Assembly: GCA_001004885.1 (NCBI GenBank)
Contig: LCRX01000001.1
Coordinates: 9,849-73,848, forward strand
Direction of reading: 5' to 3'
DNA: 64,000 nucleotides
Source of the DNA: Candidatus Magasanikbacteria bacterium GW2011_GWA2_56_11
GTDB lineage: Bacteria; Patescibacteriota; Patescibacteriia; Magasanikbacterales; UBA922
Below, one piece after another: positions 27,472 to 37,376 of the stretch. Positions within the stretch are counted from its first letter, which is position 1; each line of letters starts with the position of its first letter. The notes below the pieces were generated by a model. It saw only the letters and a list, made by a program, of their open reading frames with translations, was not told the origin of the DNA and did not search any database. The translations under genes were made by a program, and so were the position numbers.

Positions 27472-29010
27472 ATGCTCACCGATTACCAGCGTTACCGCCT
27501 CTACGAGATTCTGCCGGGATTGTCTGTCTGGGTAACGCTATTCGCGGCCCTGGCGTTGGCTTTCGTCCGGCCGCTCTGGATGATTTATTTTATCATCCTG
27601 TTTGATATTTATTGGGTGCTAAAGGTGCTCAATTTTTCTTTTTATCTTTTGGTCGCCTGGCGCCGCTTCCACGCGGTCGGCCGCACCGACTGGAAAACGG
27701 CGCTCAAACAGGAGCTCCGCAACTGGGAGGACAAGCGCCACGTGATATTTCTCACGCTCTACAACGAAGAGTGGAGCGTAGTCCGAAGCTCTATTGAGAG
27801 CATCGCGCGCGGAGTGTACGACCGGAGCAAATTTGTGATCGTAGTGGCCGGAGAAGAGCGTACGCGCGCGCACTTTGACGAGATCTGCCGGCTGGTGCGC
27901 TCCGAGTTCGGCGCTTCGTTCGCCGATATCCTCTGTACGCTCCACCCCCTGAATCTCGAAGGTGAAATTCCGGGCAAAGGTTCGAATCTGCACTACGCCG
28001 AGCGGGAGGTCAAAAAATACATTGATGCCAAAGGTTGGGACTACGACCAGGTCGTAATCACGATTTTCGATATCGATACGGTGGTGCACGAGCAGTACTT
28101 CGGCTATCTCACGTACGCTTACTGTACCAATCCGCGCCCCACGCGCACTTCATACCAGCCGATTGCGCTGTATAACAACAACATGTGGGAATCGCCGGCC
28201 GTGCTGCGCGTGATGGCTTTCGGCACCACGTTTTGGCTTTTTACCACGCTCGCGCGCCAGGACGCGCTGGTAACTTTTTCGTCGCATTCGATGAGCTTTC
28301 GCGCGCTCGTCGACGCCGGGTTCCACGATCGCCGGATAGTCAGCGAGGACTCGCGCATATTTTACCAGTGTTATCTCGCCTACAACGGCGATTACGCCGT
28401 TGTCCCGCTCTACATCCCCGTTTCCATGGATACGGTGCGCGATGATTCCTGGTGGAAGAGCCTGCGGAACCTGTATCGCCAGCAGCGGCGCTGGGCCTGG
28501 GGCGTGGAGCACGTGCCCTATCTTCTCTGGGAATTCCGCCGGAAAGGCAAGCTCATACCCTGGTGGAAGAAGTTTAAGTGGATATTTATCGAGTGGGAAG
28601 GAAAATGGTCGTGGTGCCTGGTCGCGCTTCTTATTACCATCCTCGGCCGCCTTCCCATGTGGGTCGCGCCCGAGTCGGTGCGCCAGAGCGCGCTCTATTT
28701 CAACGCGCCCCACATCCTGGAGGTGCTCATGACGATCGCCATGCTCGGCATGATTCTGTCGGCCATGTTCAGCCTGCCGCTTTTGCCCCAGAAACCCGAA
28801 AGCCATCCGCGCCATATGTACCTTATTATGGTTACGCAATGGCTGCTCTTGCCGGTAACATTAATTTTTGTCAGCGCCATTCCGGCGATTGACGCCGTAA
28901 CTCATCTGATGTTCGGGCGCTATTTGGGTTTTAACGTTTCGCAGAAAAAGCGGGGAGGAAATAAAAACCGGCCTTCGCTCCGGCCGATTACGTCTTTAAC
29001 AACGAAATAA
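27472..29010 (+). CDS. Membrane glycosyltransferase family 2
   Basis: GKGSN, DID, SED, QQRRWAWG, multiple TM helices. Confidence 0.9.
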   Translation: MLTDYQRYRLYEILPGLSVWVTLFAALALAFVRPLWMIYFIILFDIYWVLKVLNFSFYLLVAWRRFHAVGRTDWKTALKQELRNWEDKRHVIFLTLYNEEWSVVRSSIESIARGVYDRSKFVIVVAGEERTRAHFDEICRLVRSEFGASFADILCTLHPLNLEGEIPGKGSNLHYAEREVKKYIDAKGWDYDQVVITIFDIDTVVHEQYFGYLTYAYCTNPRPTRTSYQPIALYNNNMWESPAVLRVMAFGTTFWLFTTLARQDALVTFSSHSMSFRALVDAGFHDRRIVSEDSRIFYQCYLAYNGDYAVVPLYIPVSMDTVRDDSWWKSLRNLYRQQRRWAWGVEHVPYLLWEFRRKGKLIPWWKKFKWIFIEWEGKWSWCLVALLITILGRLPMWVAPESVRQSALYFNAPHILEVLMTIAMLGMILSAMFSLPLLPQKPESHPRHMYLIMVTQWLLLPVTLIFVSAIPAIDAVTHLMFGRYLGFNVSQKKRGGNKNRPSLRPITSLTTK

Positions 29011-29012
29011 GT

Positions 29013-30473
29013 ATGTCTCTGTTTCGCCGCCGCCTCTGGCCATACTTGCTCGCGGGCACCGGATTGGTTCTGTCCGTTTCCGCCCTGTCGGTCTACCGCG
29101 CGTTCAGGAATTTTCGCCCCGAGGCGCTTCTCGCCTCGCCGTTTGTCCAGAACGAGATCAAGCGCCGGGTCGGAGAAGACCACGCGCCTCTGTTCGCGCT
29201 CATGCCGGACCTGCTCGGATTTGGCCAGCCGCGCACTTTTTTGGTTCTTTTTCTCAATAACACCGAACTGCGTCCCGGCGGCGGATTTATCGGCGTATAC
29301 GCCGTCGTGCGCGCGGACCGCGGCCGGACGAGCGTACTGAAAATTGAAGGCACCGAAAACATAGACAATGCCGCGGCCAAAGACAAGCTGCCGGAGCCTT
29401 TGCCGGTCATGAAAGATCATCTGAAGGTTGACCGGTGGTATTTCCGCGACGCCAACTGGTCCCCGGATTTTGCCGCGAGCGCGCGGCAGGCGCTCGATCT
29501 TTACCGACGCGAGGGCGGCACGGCGGCAGCGGAGATAGATACCGTGGTGGGAGTAACGGCTACCGTTTTGGAAGAGCTCATGCGCTTGACCGGCCCGGTA
29601 AGCGTCCAGGGAGTCGAGTTTGCGGCCGGGACGGTGATCGAAAAACTGGAATACGAAGTCGAGTACGGCTACCAGGAAGACGGCATTCATCTGACTAAAC
29701 GCAAACAGATCATCGAGCCGCTTATGCACGCGGTGCTCGCGCGCTCGGGCGAACAGGTCATTGGGCGGAGCAAGGAGTATGTCGGCGTGCTCGACCGCTT
29801 GGCTCGCGAGCGGCATCTTATGCTCTACAGCGAAGACGAGACGTTCGCGGGCAAACTGCGGGATCTTGACCTAAGCGGTGCCGTCAAACCGGCTGCCGGA
29901 GATTATCTTTTGTGGGCGGACGCGAATTTGGCCGCTCTCAAAACTGACCACGCCATTGAACGCGGCTTGAATTATGAGCTCTTGCCGCTGCCGGGAGGCG
30001 GTTACGAGGCCCGCGCGAGCATGACTTACCGGCACACGGGCAAGTTCGACTGGCGCACGTCGCGCTACCGCACCTACGCGCGCGTTTTCGTGCCCCCAGG
30101 CGCCGAGCTTGTCGGCGCTGCCGGCGCCATGAAGTGGGACCGGACTGTCGGCGAGGGGCCGGTGGACACCGGCGAGGAGCTCAGCAAGCGCTGGTTCGGC
30201 GCGTTTATCGCCATCGAACCCGGGCAAACCAAAACTTTGACTTTCCGCTATAAATTGCCCCAGCCGACGGCCGATCAGATTGCCCAGGGTTCGTACAATT
30301 TGTCCGTGCAAAAACAGCTTGGCACGATCGCGCCCGGTTTGACTTTGGATCTCGATTTTGGCAGAATAGTAACCGGCGCCGCGCCGGCGGAAGAACCGGG
30401 CAAATGGCACGATGCGCGCTACCAAATCGCCTCTGACCTGCGCGAAGACAGAGAGTTCTCTATTCGTTTTTAG
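29013..30473 (+). CDS. DUF4012-domain membrane-anchored protein
   Basis: NNTELRPGGGFIG, RDANWSPDF. Confidence 0.85.
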   Translation: MSLFRRRLWPYLLAGTGLVLSVSALSVYRAFRNFRPEALLASPFVQNEIKRRVGEDHAPLFALMPDLLGFGQPRTFLVLFLNNTELRPGGGFIGVYAVVRADRGRTSVLKIEGTENIDNAAAKDKLPEPLPVMKDHLKVDRWYFRDANWSPDFAASARQALDLYRREGGTAAAEIDTVVGVTATVLEELMRLTGPVSVQGVEFAAGTVIEKLEYEVEYGYQEDGIHLTKRKQIIEPLMHAVLARSGEQVIGRSKEYVGVLDRLARERHLMLYSEDETFAGKLRDLDLSGAVKPAAGDYLLWADANLAALKTDHAIERGLNYELLPLPGGGYEARASMTYRHTGKFDWRTSRYRTYARVFVPPGAELVGAAGAMKWDRTVGEGPVDTGEELSKRWFGAFIAIEPGQTKTLTFRYKLPQPTADQIAQGSYNLSVQKQLGTIAPGLTLDLDFGRIVTGAAPAEEPGKWHDARYQIASDLREDREFSIRF

Positions 30474-30478
30474 AAGTT

Positions 30479-31486
30479 ATGCTCATAAAAAAAGTCGCCA
30501 TTGACCTCGGTACCACCAATATACTGGTTTACCTTCCCAAGCGGGGTATCGTCGTCAACGAGCCGTCGGTGGTGGCGATCTCGCGCGAAGACAAAAAAGT
30601 GCTGGCGGTCGGCATGGAGGCCAAAGAAATGATCGGCCGGACCCCGGATACGATTATCGCCGAGCGGCCGCTCAAAGACGGCGTGATCGCCAGTTACAGC
30701 ACCACCGAAGCCATGCTTCGTTATTTTATTAATAAGGCCCTGGGCGGCGTGCGCTTGTTCCGGCCCGAGGTCATGATCGCCGTGCCGGCCGGCATTACCT
30801 CGACCGAACGGCGCGCGGTGATCGACGCGGCCATGGCGGCGGGCGCTCGCGCGGCCTACATTATCAAAGAGCCGATCGTGGCCGCGATCGGGGCCGACAT
30901 CCCGATCGGTTCGGCCTCCGGGCACATGATCATAGACATCGGCGGGGGCACGGCCGAGATAGCCGTCATCTCGCTCGGGGGCATAGTTTCGTGCGGCTCG
31001 GTGAGGATAGGGGGCAACCGTTTCGATCAATCCATTGCCGAGTACGTGCGGCGCAAATACGGTCTCGCCATTGGCGAGCGCACGGCCGAGGATGTGAAGA
31101 TCAGGATCGGTTCGGCTATGTTTATGGACAAACCCCTGTCGCTCGAGGTGAAAGGCCGGGACATGATAATGGGCCTGCCGCGAACGATTACTCTCTCGTC
31201 TGACGATACTACCGAGGCGCTCCAGCACGATCTCGAAGGCCTGGTAGAGGCGGTAAAGGAAGTGCTGCACAACACGCCGCCAGAGCTTTCGGCCGATGTC
31301 ATCGACAAGGGTATTATCATGTCCGGCGGGTCGAGCCAGCTGCGCAATCTGGACGCACTGGTATCCGAGGCCACGGGCGTGCCGTGCTACGTGGCCGACG
31401 AGCCTCTTTTGTGCGTGGCCAAGGGCACCGGCATAGCGCTCGAGAATCTGGAAAATTATAAGCGGAGCATTTTGGCGACGAAATAG
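30479..31486 (+). CDS. mreB: Rod shape-determining protein MreB/Mbl
   Basis: IDLGTTN, NEPSVVA, RPLKDGVI, DIGGGT, SGGSSQL. Confidence 0.95.
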   Translation: MLIKKVAIDLGTTNILVYLPKRGIVVNEPSVVAISREDKKVLAVGMEAKEMIGRTPDTIIAERPLKDGVIASYSTTEAMLRYFINKALGGVRLFRPEVMIAVPAGITSTERRAVIDAAMAAGARAAYIIKEPIVAAIGADIPIGSASGHMIIDIGGGTAEIAVISLGGIVSCGSVRIGGNRFDQSIAEYVRRKYGLAIGERTAEDVKIRIGSAMFMDKPLSLEVKGRDMIMGLPRTITLSSDDTTEALQHDLEGLVEAVKEVLHNTPPELSADVIDKGIIMSGGSSQLRNLDALVSEATGVPCYVADEPLLCVAKGTGIALENLENYKRSILATK

Positions 31487-31507
31487 GACCTGCTGACCAA
31501 AAATAAC

Positions 31508-31626
31508 CTCCGGTTCATTTTTGGCCATTTAGGCGCCAGCAATGCCCGGATTTCGTCGCCATACCGCGAGTAGCCTCCTCAATCCGGAGATTGCTGGCGC
31601 CTGGCTGATCCAAAACTGACCCGGGG
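31508..31626 (+). ncRNA. Long unassigned hairpin upstream of ribA
   Basis: 13-bp perfect stem 31531-31543/31590-31602 plus three further nested helices. Confidence 0.5.
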
Positions 31627-31668
31627 AATAATTTTTGGGAGTAGGCCCCAGTATTTTATCTTAGCGCG

Positions 31669-32268
31669 ATGGACAATTATCCGATAACTAAATCAGCCGC
31701 CTCAATACTCCTGACCGACTACGGCGAGTTCACGATAGAAATATACGTAGACCGCGAAGGACGCGAGCACGTCGTTCTGAGCCGGGGGCAGTTTTCCGCC
31801 CTGGAGCCAGTTTTGGTGCGCGTTCACAGCGAATGTATCACCGGCGAAGTGTTCCATTCCCGGCATTGCGATTGCAAAAATCAGCTGGATAAGGCGCTCC
31901 AAATGATTGGCGCGGCCAGCGCCGGAGCGGTGATTTATCTGCGCCAAGAGGGCCGCGATATCGGGCTCTCGAACAAAATCAAAGCCTACGATCTACAGCG
32001 CCAAGGCCTGGATACGGTCGTGGCCAATGAACAGCTCGGATTCCTTCCGGACGCGCGCACTTACGAGGTGGCCGCGGCCATTCTTGAGTCGCTTGGCATT
32101 CGAACCGTGCGGCTGATGACGAATAATCCCGACAAAGTGGAGCAGCTCTCCGCTTTGGGGATCACAGTTGCCGAGCGCGTGCCGTTGGCTGTGCCTCCAA
32201 ACGGGGTGGACGATGCGTACCTGGAGGCGAAGCGGATAAAACTGGGACACTGGCTGGAAACGATCTGA
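31669..32268 (+). CDS. ribA: GTP cyclohydrolase II
   Basis: VRVHSECITG..HCDC, YLRQEGRDIGL, MTNNPDK. Confidence 0.96.
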   Translation: MDNYPITKSAASILLTDYGEFTIEIYVDREGREHVVLSRGQFSALEPVLVRVHSECITGEVFHSRHCDCKNQLDKALQMIGAASAGAVIYLRQEGRDIGLSNKIKAYDLQRQGLDTVVANEQLGFLPDARTYEVAAAILESLGIRTVRLMTNNPDKVEQLSALGITVAERVPLAVPPNGVDDAYLEAKRIKLGHWLETI

Positions 32269-32278
32269 TACGCTGCGT

Positions 32279-33400
32279 ATGCCACACAACCGCATGCGGG
32301 ATTACTTCATGGAATTAGCTTTGGCCGAGGCGCGCCGCGGTCTTGGTCTTACTTTGCCGAATCCTGCAGTCGGAGCGGTATTGGTTAAAGGCGGCCGGGT
32401 GGTTGCCGCCGGGTATACCCAGCCGGCCGGTCACAACCATGCCGAAGTCGAGGCGATCCGCCGGGCGGGAAAGCGGGCGGCCGGGTCAACTCTGTACGTT
32501 ACTCTGGAACCTTGTTGCCATTTCGGCCAGACGCCGCCCTGCACCGATGCGATCGTGGCCGCCGGCATCGTTCGCGTGATAGCGGGCATGAAAGACCCTT
32601 ACCCAAAAGTGAATGGCGGCGGAGTTAAGATTTTACGCCAGCGGGGGATAAGGGCGGAATTTATTCCGGCCCGCAGCCGGCTGGCGCGCCAGATACGGCT
32701 TATCAATCAGCCGTTTTTGAAGTGGGTGGCGACGGGCCTGCCGTACGTAGTGGTAAAAGCGGCCGTATCGCTAGACGGGAAAATAGCCACGCGCGCCGGA
32801 GATTCCAAGTGGATTACCGGCGAGGCGGCGCGGGCGGACGCCCGGCTGGAGCGCAGCCAGTGCGACGCGGTGATCGTGGGCGCCGGGACAGTGGCCGCCG
32901 ACAATCCGGAACTGGCGGCACACGGTCCGTACAAGCAGAAAAATTTGCTGCGGGTGATTATCGATCCGCGGCTGTCGTCGGATCTTGAAAAAAAGGTTTT
33001 TCGCGATGAGTTCGTGTTCGTGGCCGCTACCGGCGCGGCGCCGGCCGCCCGGCAGCGGACGTGGGCTCTCTCCGGCATTAGATACCATACATTCGGCAAG
33101 AGAAAAGTTTCTATCGCGAAGTTGCTGGCTTATCTGGCCGCCATGGGCGTAAGGAGCGTTTATGTCGAAGGCGGCTCGGGGGTGAATGGCTCCTGGTACG
33201 ACGCGGCGCTCAAGGACCGGCGGCTCATAGACAGAATCATTTATTACATCGCGCCCAAACTGATCGGCGGACAGGCGGCGGTTTCGGCCATCTCTGGCCG
33301 GGGAGCGGTTTCGGTAGAGGCGGGACTCGCCCTGAAAGATCCGGAATACACCATACTGCGGCCGGATATCAAGGTTGCCGGGTTCGTTAACTATTTTTGA
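32279..33400 (+). CDS. ribD: Bifunctional riboflavin deaminase/reductase
   Basis: PNPAVG, HAE, TLEPCCH..TPPC, SLDGKIA, SKWITG, VEGG. Confidence 0.96.
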   Translation: MPHNRMRDYFMELALAEARRGLGLTLPNPAVGAVLVKGGRVVAAGYTQPAGHNHAEVEAIRRAGKRAAGSTLYVTLEPCCHFGQTPPCTDAIVAAGIVRVIAGMKDPYPKVNGGGVKILRQRGIRAEFIPARSRLARQIRLINQPFLKWVATGLPYVVVKAAVSLDGKIATRAGDSKWITGEAARADARLERSQCDAVIVGAGTVAADNPELAAHGPYKQKNLLRVIIDPRLSSDLEKKVFRDEFVFVAATGAAPAARQRTWALSGIRYHTFGKRKVSIAKLLAYLAAMGVRSVYVEGGSGVNGSWYDAALKDRRLIDRIIYYIAPKLIGGQAAVSAISGRGAVSVEAGLALKDPEYTILRPDIKVAGFVNYF

Positions 33401-33414
33401 GATGGTTTTCAGTT

Positions 33415-34551
33415 ATGATATTGGGTATAGACGCCTCGCGCGCCAACCACGAGCACAAGACCGGAGTGGAGTGGTACAGCTTTCATATTATTGAGGCCCT
33501 CAAACGCGTGGTGCCCAAAGACGTTCATGTTAGGCTGTACGCGGATACCAAGCTTTCCGGTCCGCTCGGTGACCTGCCGGACAATTGGACAGAAAAAGTA
33601 CTCAGCTGGCCGCCGCGGCGTTTGTGGACTCATCTCCGTTTGAGCACCGAAATGGTTCAGTCGCCGCCGGACGTGCTTTTTGTCCCGGCGCATGTGCCGC
33701 CGTTGATCCATCCGCCCCGGACTGTTATGACGGTCCACGACGTGGCGGCGGCGCGCTTTCCGGAAACTTATTCGGCCTTCGAGCGCCGGTACTCGCTCGC
33801 CGCGGCGCGTTACGCGGTTCGCCGGCTGTGGCGGATCGTTACGCCCTCGGAATTTACAAAAAAAGAATTACTGGATTTGTTCGCCGAGCGGCGGGCGGAC
33901 AGCCTACAGCCGGACAGAGATAATATTTTTGTCGTGCCACACGGCTATGACCGCCGGTATGATATGCCGGGCGCACAGACGGAGATTCGCCGAGTATTAT
34001 CAGTTTACGGTATTTATCCTCCCTACCTGCTTTCTGTCGGAAGGCTGGAACGCAAGAAAAACACGGTCGCCACGGTACGGGCCTTTACCCAGATTCAAGA
34101 CAGATTGCCCGGTGAGAATTTGCATCTGGTCCTCGTGGGGTCTCCAGGATACGGCTACGAAGAAGTGGTCTCGGCTATCGCGGAGAGTCCCTATCGCGAC
34201 CGCATAGCGACGCCGGGCTGGGTCGGCGCCGAGAATCTGGCCGCGCTTTACCAGGGCGCGGCCGCAGTGCTGTTTCCCAGTCTTTACGAAGGCTTTGGTT
34301 TGCCACTACTAGAAGCCATGGCCTCGGGCACGCCAGTTATCGCCGGAGCCGGCAGCAGCCTCGAGGAAGTGGGCGGCGCGGCGGCGCTGTATGTCGCCCC
34401 GGGAGATCCGGCGGCACTGTGCGCGGCCGGGGTGCGACTCCTCACGGATGCCGCGTTTAACCGCCTTTGCCGCGAGCGCGGGTTGGCGCACGCGCGCCAA
34501 TTTTCCTGGGACCGGGCGGCCCGCCATACCTGGCAAGTGCTGGCCGCCTGA
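33415..34551 (+). CDS. Glycosyltransferase family 4
   Basis: TGVEWY, TVHD, VGRLERKKN, PSLYEGFGLPLLEAMASG. Confidence 0.93.
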   Translation: MILGIDASRANHEHKTGVEWYSFHIIEALKRVVPKDVHVRLYADTKLSGPLGDLPDNWTEKVLSWPPRRLWTHLRLSTEMVQSPPDVLFVPAHVPPLIHPPRTVMTVHDVAAARFPETYSAFERRYSLAAARYAVRRLWRIVTPSEFTKKELLDLFAERRADSLQPDRDNIFVVPHGYDRRYDMPGAQTEIRRVLSVYGIYPPYLLSVGRLERKKNTVATVRAFTQIQDRLPGENLHLVLVGSPGYGYEEVVSAIAESPYRDRIATPGWVGAENLAALYQGAAAVLFPSLYEGFGLPLLEAMASGTPVIAGAGSSLEEVGGAAALYVAPGDPAALCAAGVRLLTDAAFNRLCRERGLAHARQFSWDRAARHTWQVLAA

Positions 34552-34588
34552 ATTGCCTGGGCGGGCTAAAAATGGTATTCTGGTGTAT

Positions 34589-35536
34589 ATGGCAGAACTC
34601 ATCGGCCACGGCAGAATAATGGCGCTTTTTGATACCCTCATCGAACGCGGCGCCATAAACCACGCCTATTGTTTTATCGGCCAGAACTCAGTGGGCAAGC
34701 GGACGGCGGCTGTGCTGGTGGCCGCGCGTTTGCTGGGGGTTATTCCGGAAAAAATACACACCTCGCCGGATTACCACTGCGTGGAGCGCGCGACTGACGA
34801 AAATACCGGGAAATTAAAGAAAGATATCAGTATCGAGCAAATCCGTTCTCTGGTTTCGTCTCTTCGGCAGAGCGCCTTTAAAAGCGGCGGCTACCGGGTG
34901 GCTATTATTGACGGGGCCGAGTATTTGAACGCCCCGGCCGGCAATGCCCTCCTTAAAATACTTGAAGAGCCGGGGGGGAAGACGGTGCTCATACTCACCG
35001 TTCGGGATGAGTCCCAGCTTTTGCCCACGGTACTTTCCCGGATGCAGCGGATATACTTTGCCCTTGTGCCTGCCGCCGAGTTGGCGGAATATGCCGAGCG
35101 CCGCGGCCTAAAAAAGGCTGAGGCCGCGCTCCTGGCCGAAGCGGCTCGTGGCAGGCCGGGATGGATGTTAGACGCCCTGGCAGTACCAGAAGGCGAGAAA
35201 CAGAAACCGCTCGAGCAGGAACGTTTTTTGTCTCTTTTTGGGCGTCCATGGTACGAGAAGCTCGAAGCTGTGGACGGTCTTTTTGGGGATAAGACGGATC
35301 ATATCGCGGCGCGCGAAGAACTTATCTCGGTATTGGACGAGTGGCATGTGTCGCTGGCCCGTATCGTCCGCGAGCCGCTGGCCGATAAAGCCGGTACCGC
35401 TATCGGGTCCCGGGCCAAGCTTACGCCTCACGGGATCATCGCTCTGGATTACGCGCTGAGACAGGCCAAGGAAGAATTGGCGCGTAATGTCCACCCGCGC
35501 TTACTGGTGGAACGGGTGTTGCTTGCCATACCGTAA
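34589..35536 (+). CDS. holB: DNA polymerase III delta' subunit
   Basis: HAYCFIG..VGK, ISIEQIR, NALLKILEEP, LLPTVLSR. Confidence 0.9.
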   Translation: MAELIGHGRIMALFDTLIERGAINHAYCFIGQNSVGKRTAAVLVAARLLGVIPEKIHTSPDYHCVERATDENTGKLKKDISIEQIRSLVSSLRQSAFKSGGYRVAIIDGAEYLNAPAGNALLKILEEPGGKTVLILTVRDESQLLPTVLSRMQRIYFALVPAAELAEYAERRGLKKAEAALLAEAARGRPGWMLDALAVPEGEKQKPLEQERFLSLFGRPWYEKLEAVDGLFGDKTDHIAAREELISVLDEWHVSLARIVREPLADKAGTAIGSRAKLTPHGIIALDYALRQAKEELARNVHPRLLVERVLLAIP

Positions 35537-35602
35537 CAGCGGCGGGATTCGCGGACAGTTAGTTAAGAAATTTATTTGTTTATTAATTTCAGGCAAGATT
35601 AT

Positions 35603-36685
35603 ATGAAAATGCGGTTACCGGTTTGGTTTCTCGCCGGCATCGTGCTTGTCTTGGCCGGTCAGGGCTGCGTATCGCTCGATGGCGGCAACAAGAGCAGCAC
35701 CACCGGTCCGGCGGGCATGTTTTTGTCCGCTGACAAGGGTGAAAGCTGGCAGGCGATTTCCCTGCTGCCCCTGGCCGACGGCGTGAAGAGCCTGTCCGCC
35801 GTTGACGTCTATGGCGTGGTGGAGGATCCGCAAGACCCGCAATCGCTTTACTGGCTCACCCGCACGCAGGGGTTGCTGTACAGCTATGATGGCGGCCGCA
35901 GCTGGCGGCAATCGGTTGAGCCGTTTAATAGCGGTTTTGTGTACAGCGTTGCCATTCATCCCCAGGACAAATGTACGCTTCTGGCCACCAACGGCCGCCA
36001 AATTTTCAAGACGGTGGACTGCAATCGCAGCTGGACCGAGATTTACCGCGAAGCAGACGTCTCGCGCAGTATTCGCACTGTAGCCTACGCTCCTTTTTCT
36101 CCCCATGAAATTTTCGCGGCCGAGAGCAGCGGCGATATCTTGAAGAGTGAAGACTCAGGACAGAGCTGGCGGCTGGCTTCCGAGGTGGGCAATGAGCTCT
36201 CCCGGCTGTTTTTGGACACCAATGAAGCCGGACTCATGTACGCGGCCAGCTCCAAAAACGGCTTATACCGGTCGCGCGACGGCGGCAAGACTTGGGTGCA
36301 GATCAAAAACCAGCTGAAGCAGTTTCCCAAGGCTCTGGAGTACCGCCGGATGTACTTGTATCCGACTCGTCCCGGCCAGTTATACTGGGTGTCTCAGTAC
36401 GGCATTTTAGTTTCCCGCAACGCCGGCGACGACTGGGAGTCAATCAACCTCATCACCCCGCCCGGCGGAGTCAATATTTTCGGCTTTGCCGTCAACCCGA
36501 AAAATGATCAGGAGATGTACTATTCCGCGACTGTCGGCACCCGCTCGACGTTTTACCGCAGCATCGACGGCGGCAAAAACTGGGTTACGCGCAAAATGCC
36601 TTCGGGGCAAATTCCCACTTTTTTGCGCGTGCAGCCAGAAACCGGCGGAATTTATCTTGGGTTCAGCGTCCCGCCGAAGAAGTAA
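35603..36685 (+). CDS. BNR/Asp-box repeat beta-propeller lipoprotein
   Basis: Signal ending LAGQGC; repeated SxDxGxxW motifs. Confidence 0.85.
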   Translation: MKMRLPVWFLAGIVLVLAGQGCVSLDGGNKSSTTGPAGMFLSADKGESWQAISLLPLADGVKSLSAVDVYGVVEDPQDPQSLYWLTRTQGLLYSYDGGRSWRQSVEPFNSGFVYSVAIHPQDKCTLLATNGRQIFKTVDCNRSWTEIYREADVSRSIRTVAYAPFSPHEIFAAESSGDILKSEDSGQSWRLASEVGNELSRLFLDTNEAGLMYAASSKNGLYRSRDGGKTWVQIKNQLKQFPKALEYRRMYLYPTRPGQLYWVSQYGILVSRNAGDDWESINLITPPGGVNIFGFAVNPKNDQEMYYSATVGTRSTFYRSIDGGKNWVTRKMPSGQIPTFLRVQPETGGIYLGFSVPPKK

Positions 36686-36731
36686 AAGTCGGCTGGCAGC
36701 GCCCTAAATTATTAATGAGTGAAATACAATT

Positions 36732-37283
36732 ATGAATATAGTCCAGCAAAATAAAGCCCAGTTTGACGCCGCCATAGACCACCTAAGGCATGATATTTCA
36801 AGTCTGCGCACCGGTAGGGCTACACCGGCCCTGGTAGAGGATGTGCTGATAGAGGCTTACGGCACGAAACAACCGCTAAAGGCAGTGGCCTCGATTTCGG
36901 TGGCCGATGCCAAGACGCTCGCCATTGAGCCGTGGGACAAATCACTAACGCCGGCCATCGAAGCCGGGCTTAGAAGCTCCTCGCTGGGCATTAGCCCGGT
37001 AAATGACGGCAAGGCTATCCGTCTGCCGCTGCCGAGCCTCACGCAGGAACGGCGGGCCGAGCTTATAAAGGTGCTGCACCAGAAGTTGGAACAAGCGCGC
37101 ATAGCGCTGCGTAAAATTCGCGAAGACATCCGTCGCGAGATAGACCAGGCGGAGACTGACAGTACGATTGGCGAGGACCAGAAGTTTAAGATGAACGATG
37201 AAGTGGAAAAGTTGGTGAAAGATTACAACGAGAAAATAAAAACCATCGGGGAAGAAAAAGAGGTGGAGATCACGACTATCTAG
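36732..37283 (+). CDS. frr: Ribosome recycling factor
   Basis: LRTGRA, IEPWDK, PSLTQERR, RKIR. Confidence 0.96.
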   Translation: MNIVQQNKAQFDAAIDHLRHDISSLRTGRATPALVEDVLIEAYGTKQPLKAVASISVADAKTLAIEPWDKSLTPAIEAGLRSSSLGISPVNDGKAIRLPLPSLTQERRAELIKVLHQKLEQARIALRKIREDIRREIDQAETDSTIGEDQKFKMNDEVEKLVKDYNEKIKTIGEEKEVEITTI

Positions 37284-37376
37284 AAAGTCGGCGGCGGTGG
37301 AAAGCTAATTTGGCCTCAGTCGGCATTAGTGCTATACTTGAGCTGTTTCAATTTGGCTTATTATTATTTTTTGGAT

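Noticed and set aside
31500-31668. FMN riboswitch before ribA
   Set aside because: None of the conserved RFN sequence blocks is present
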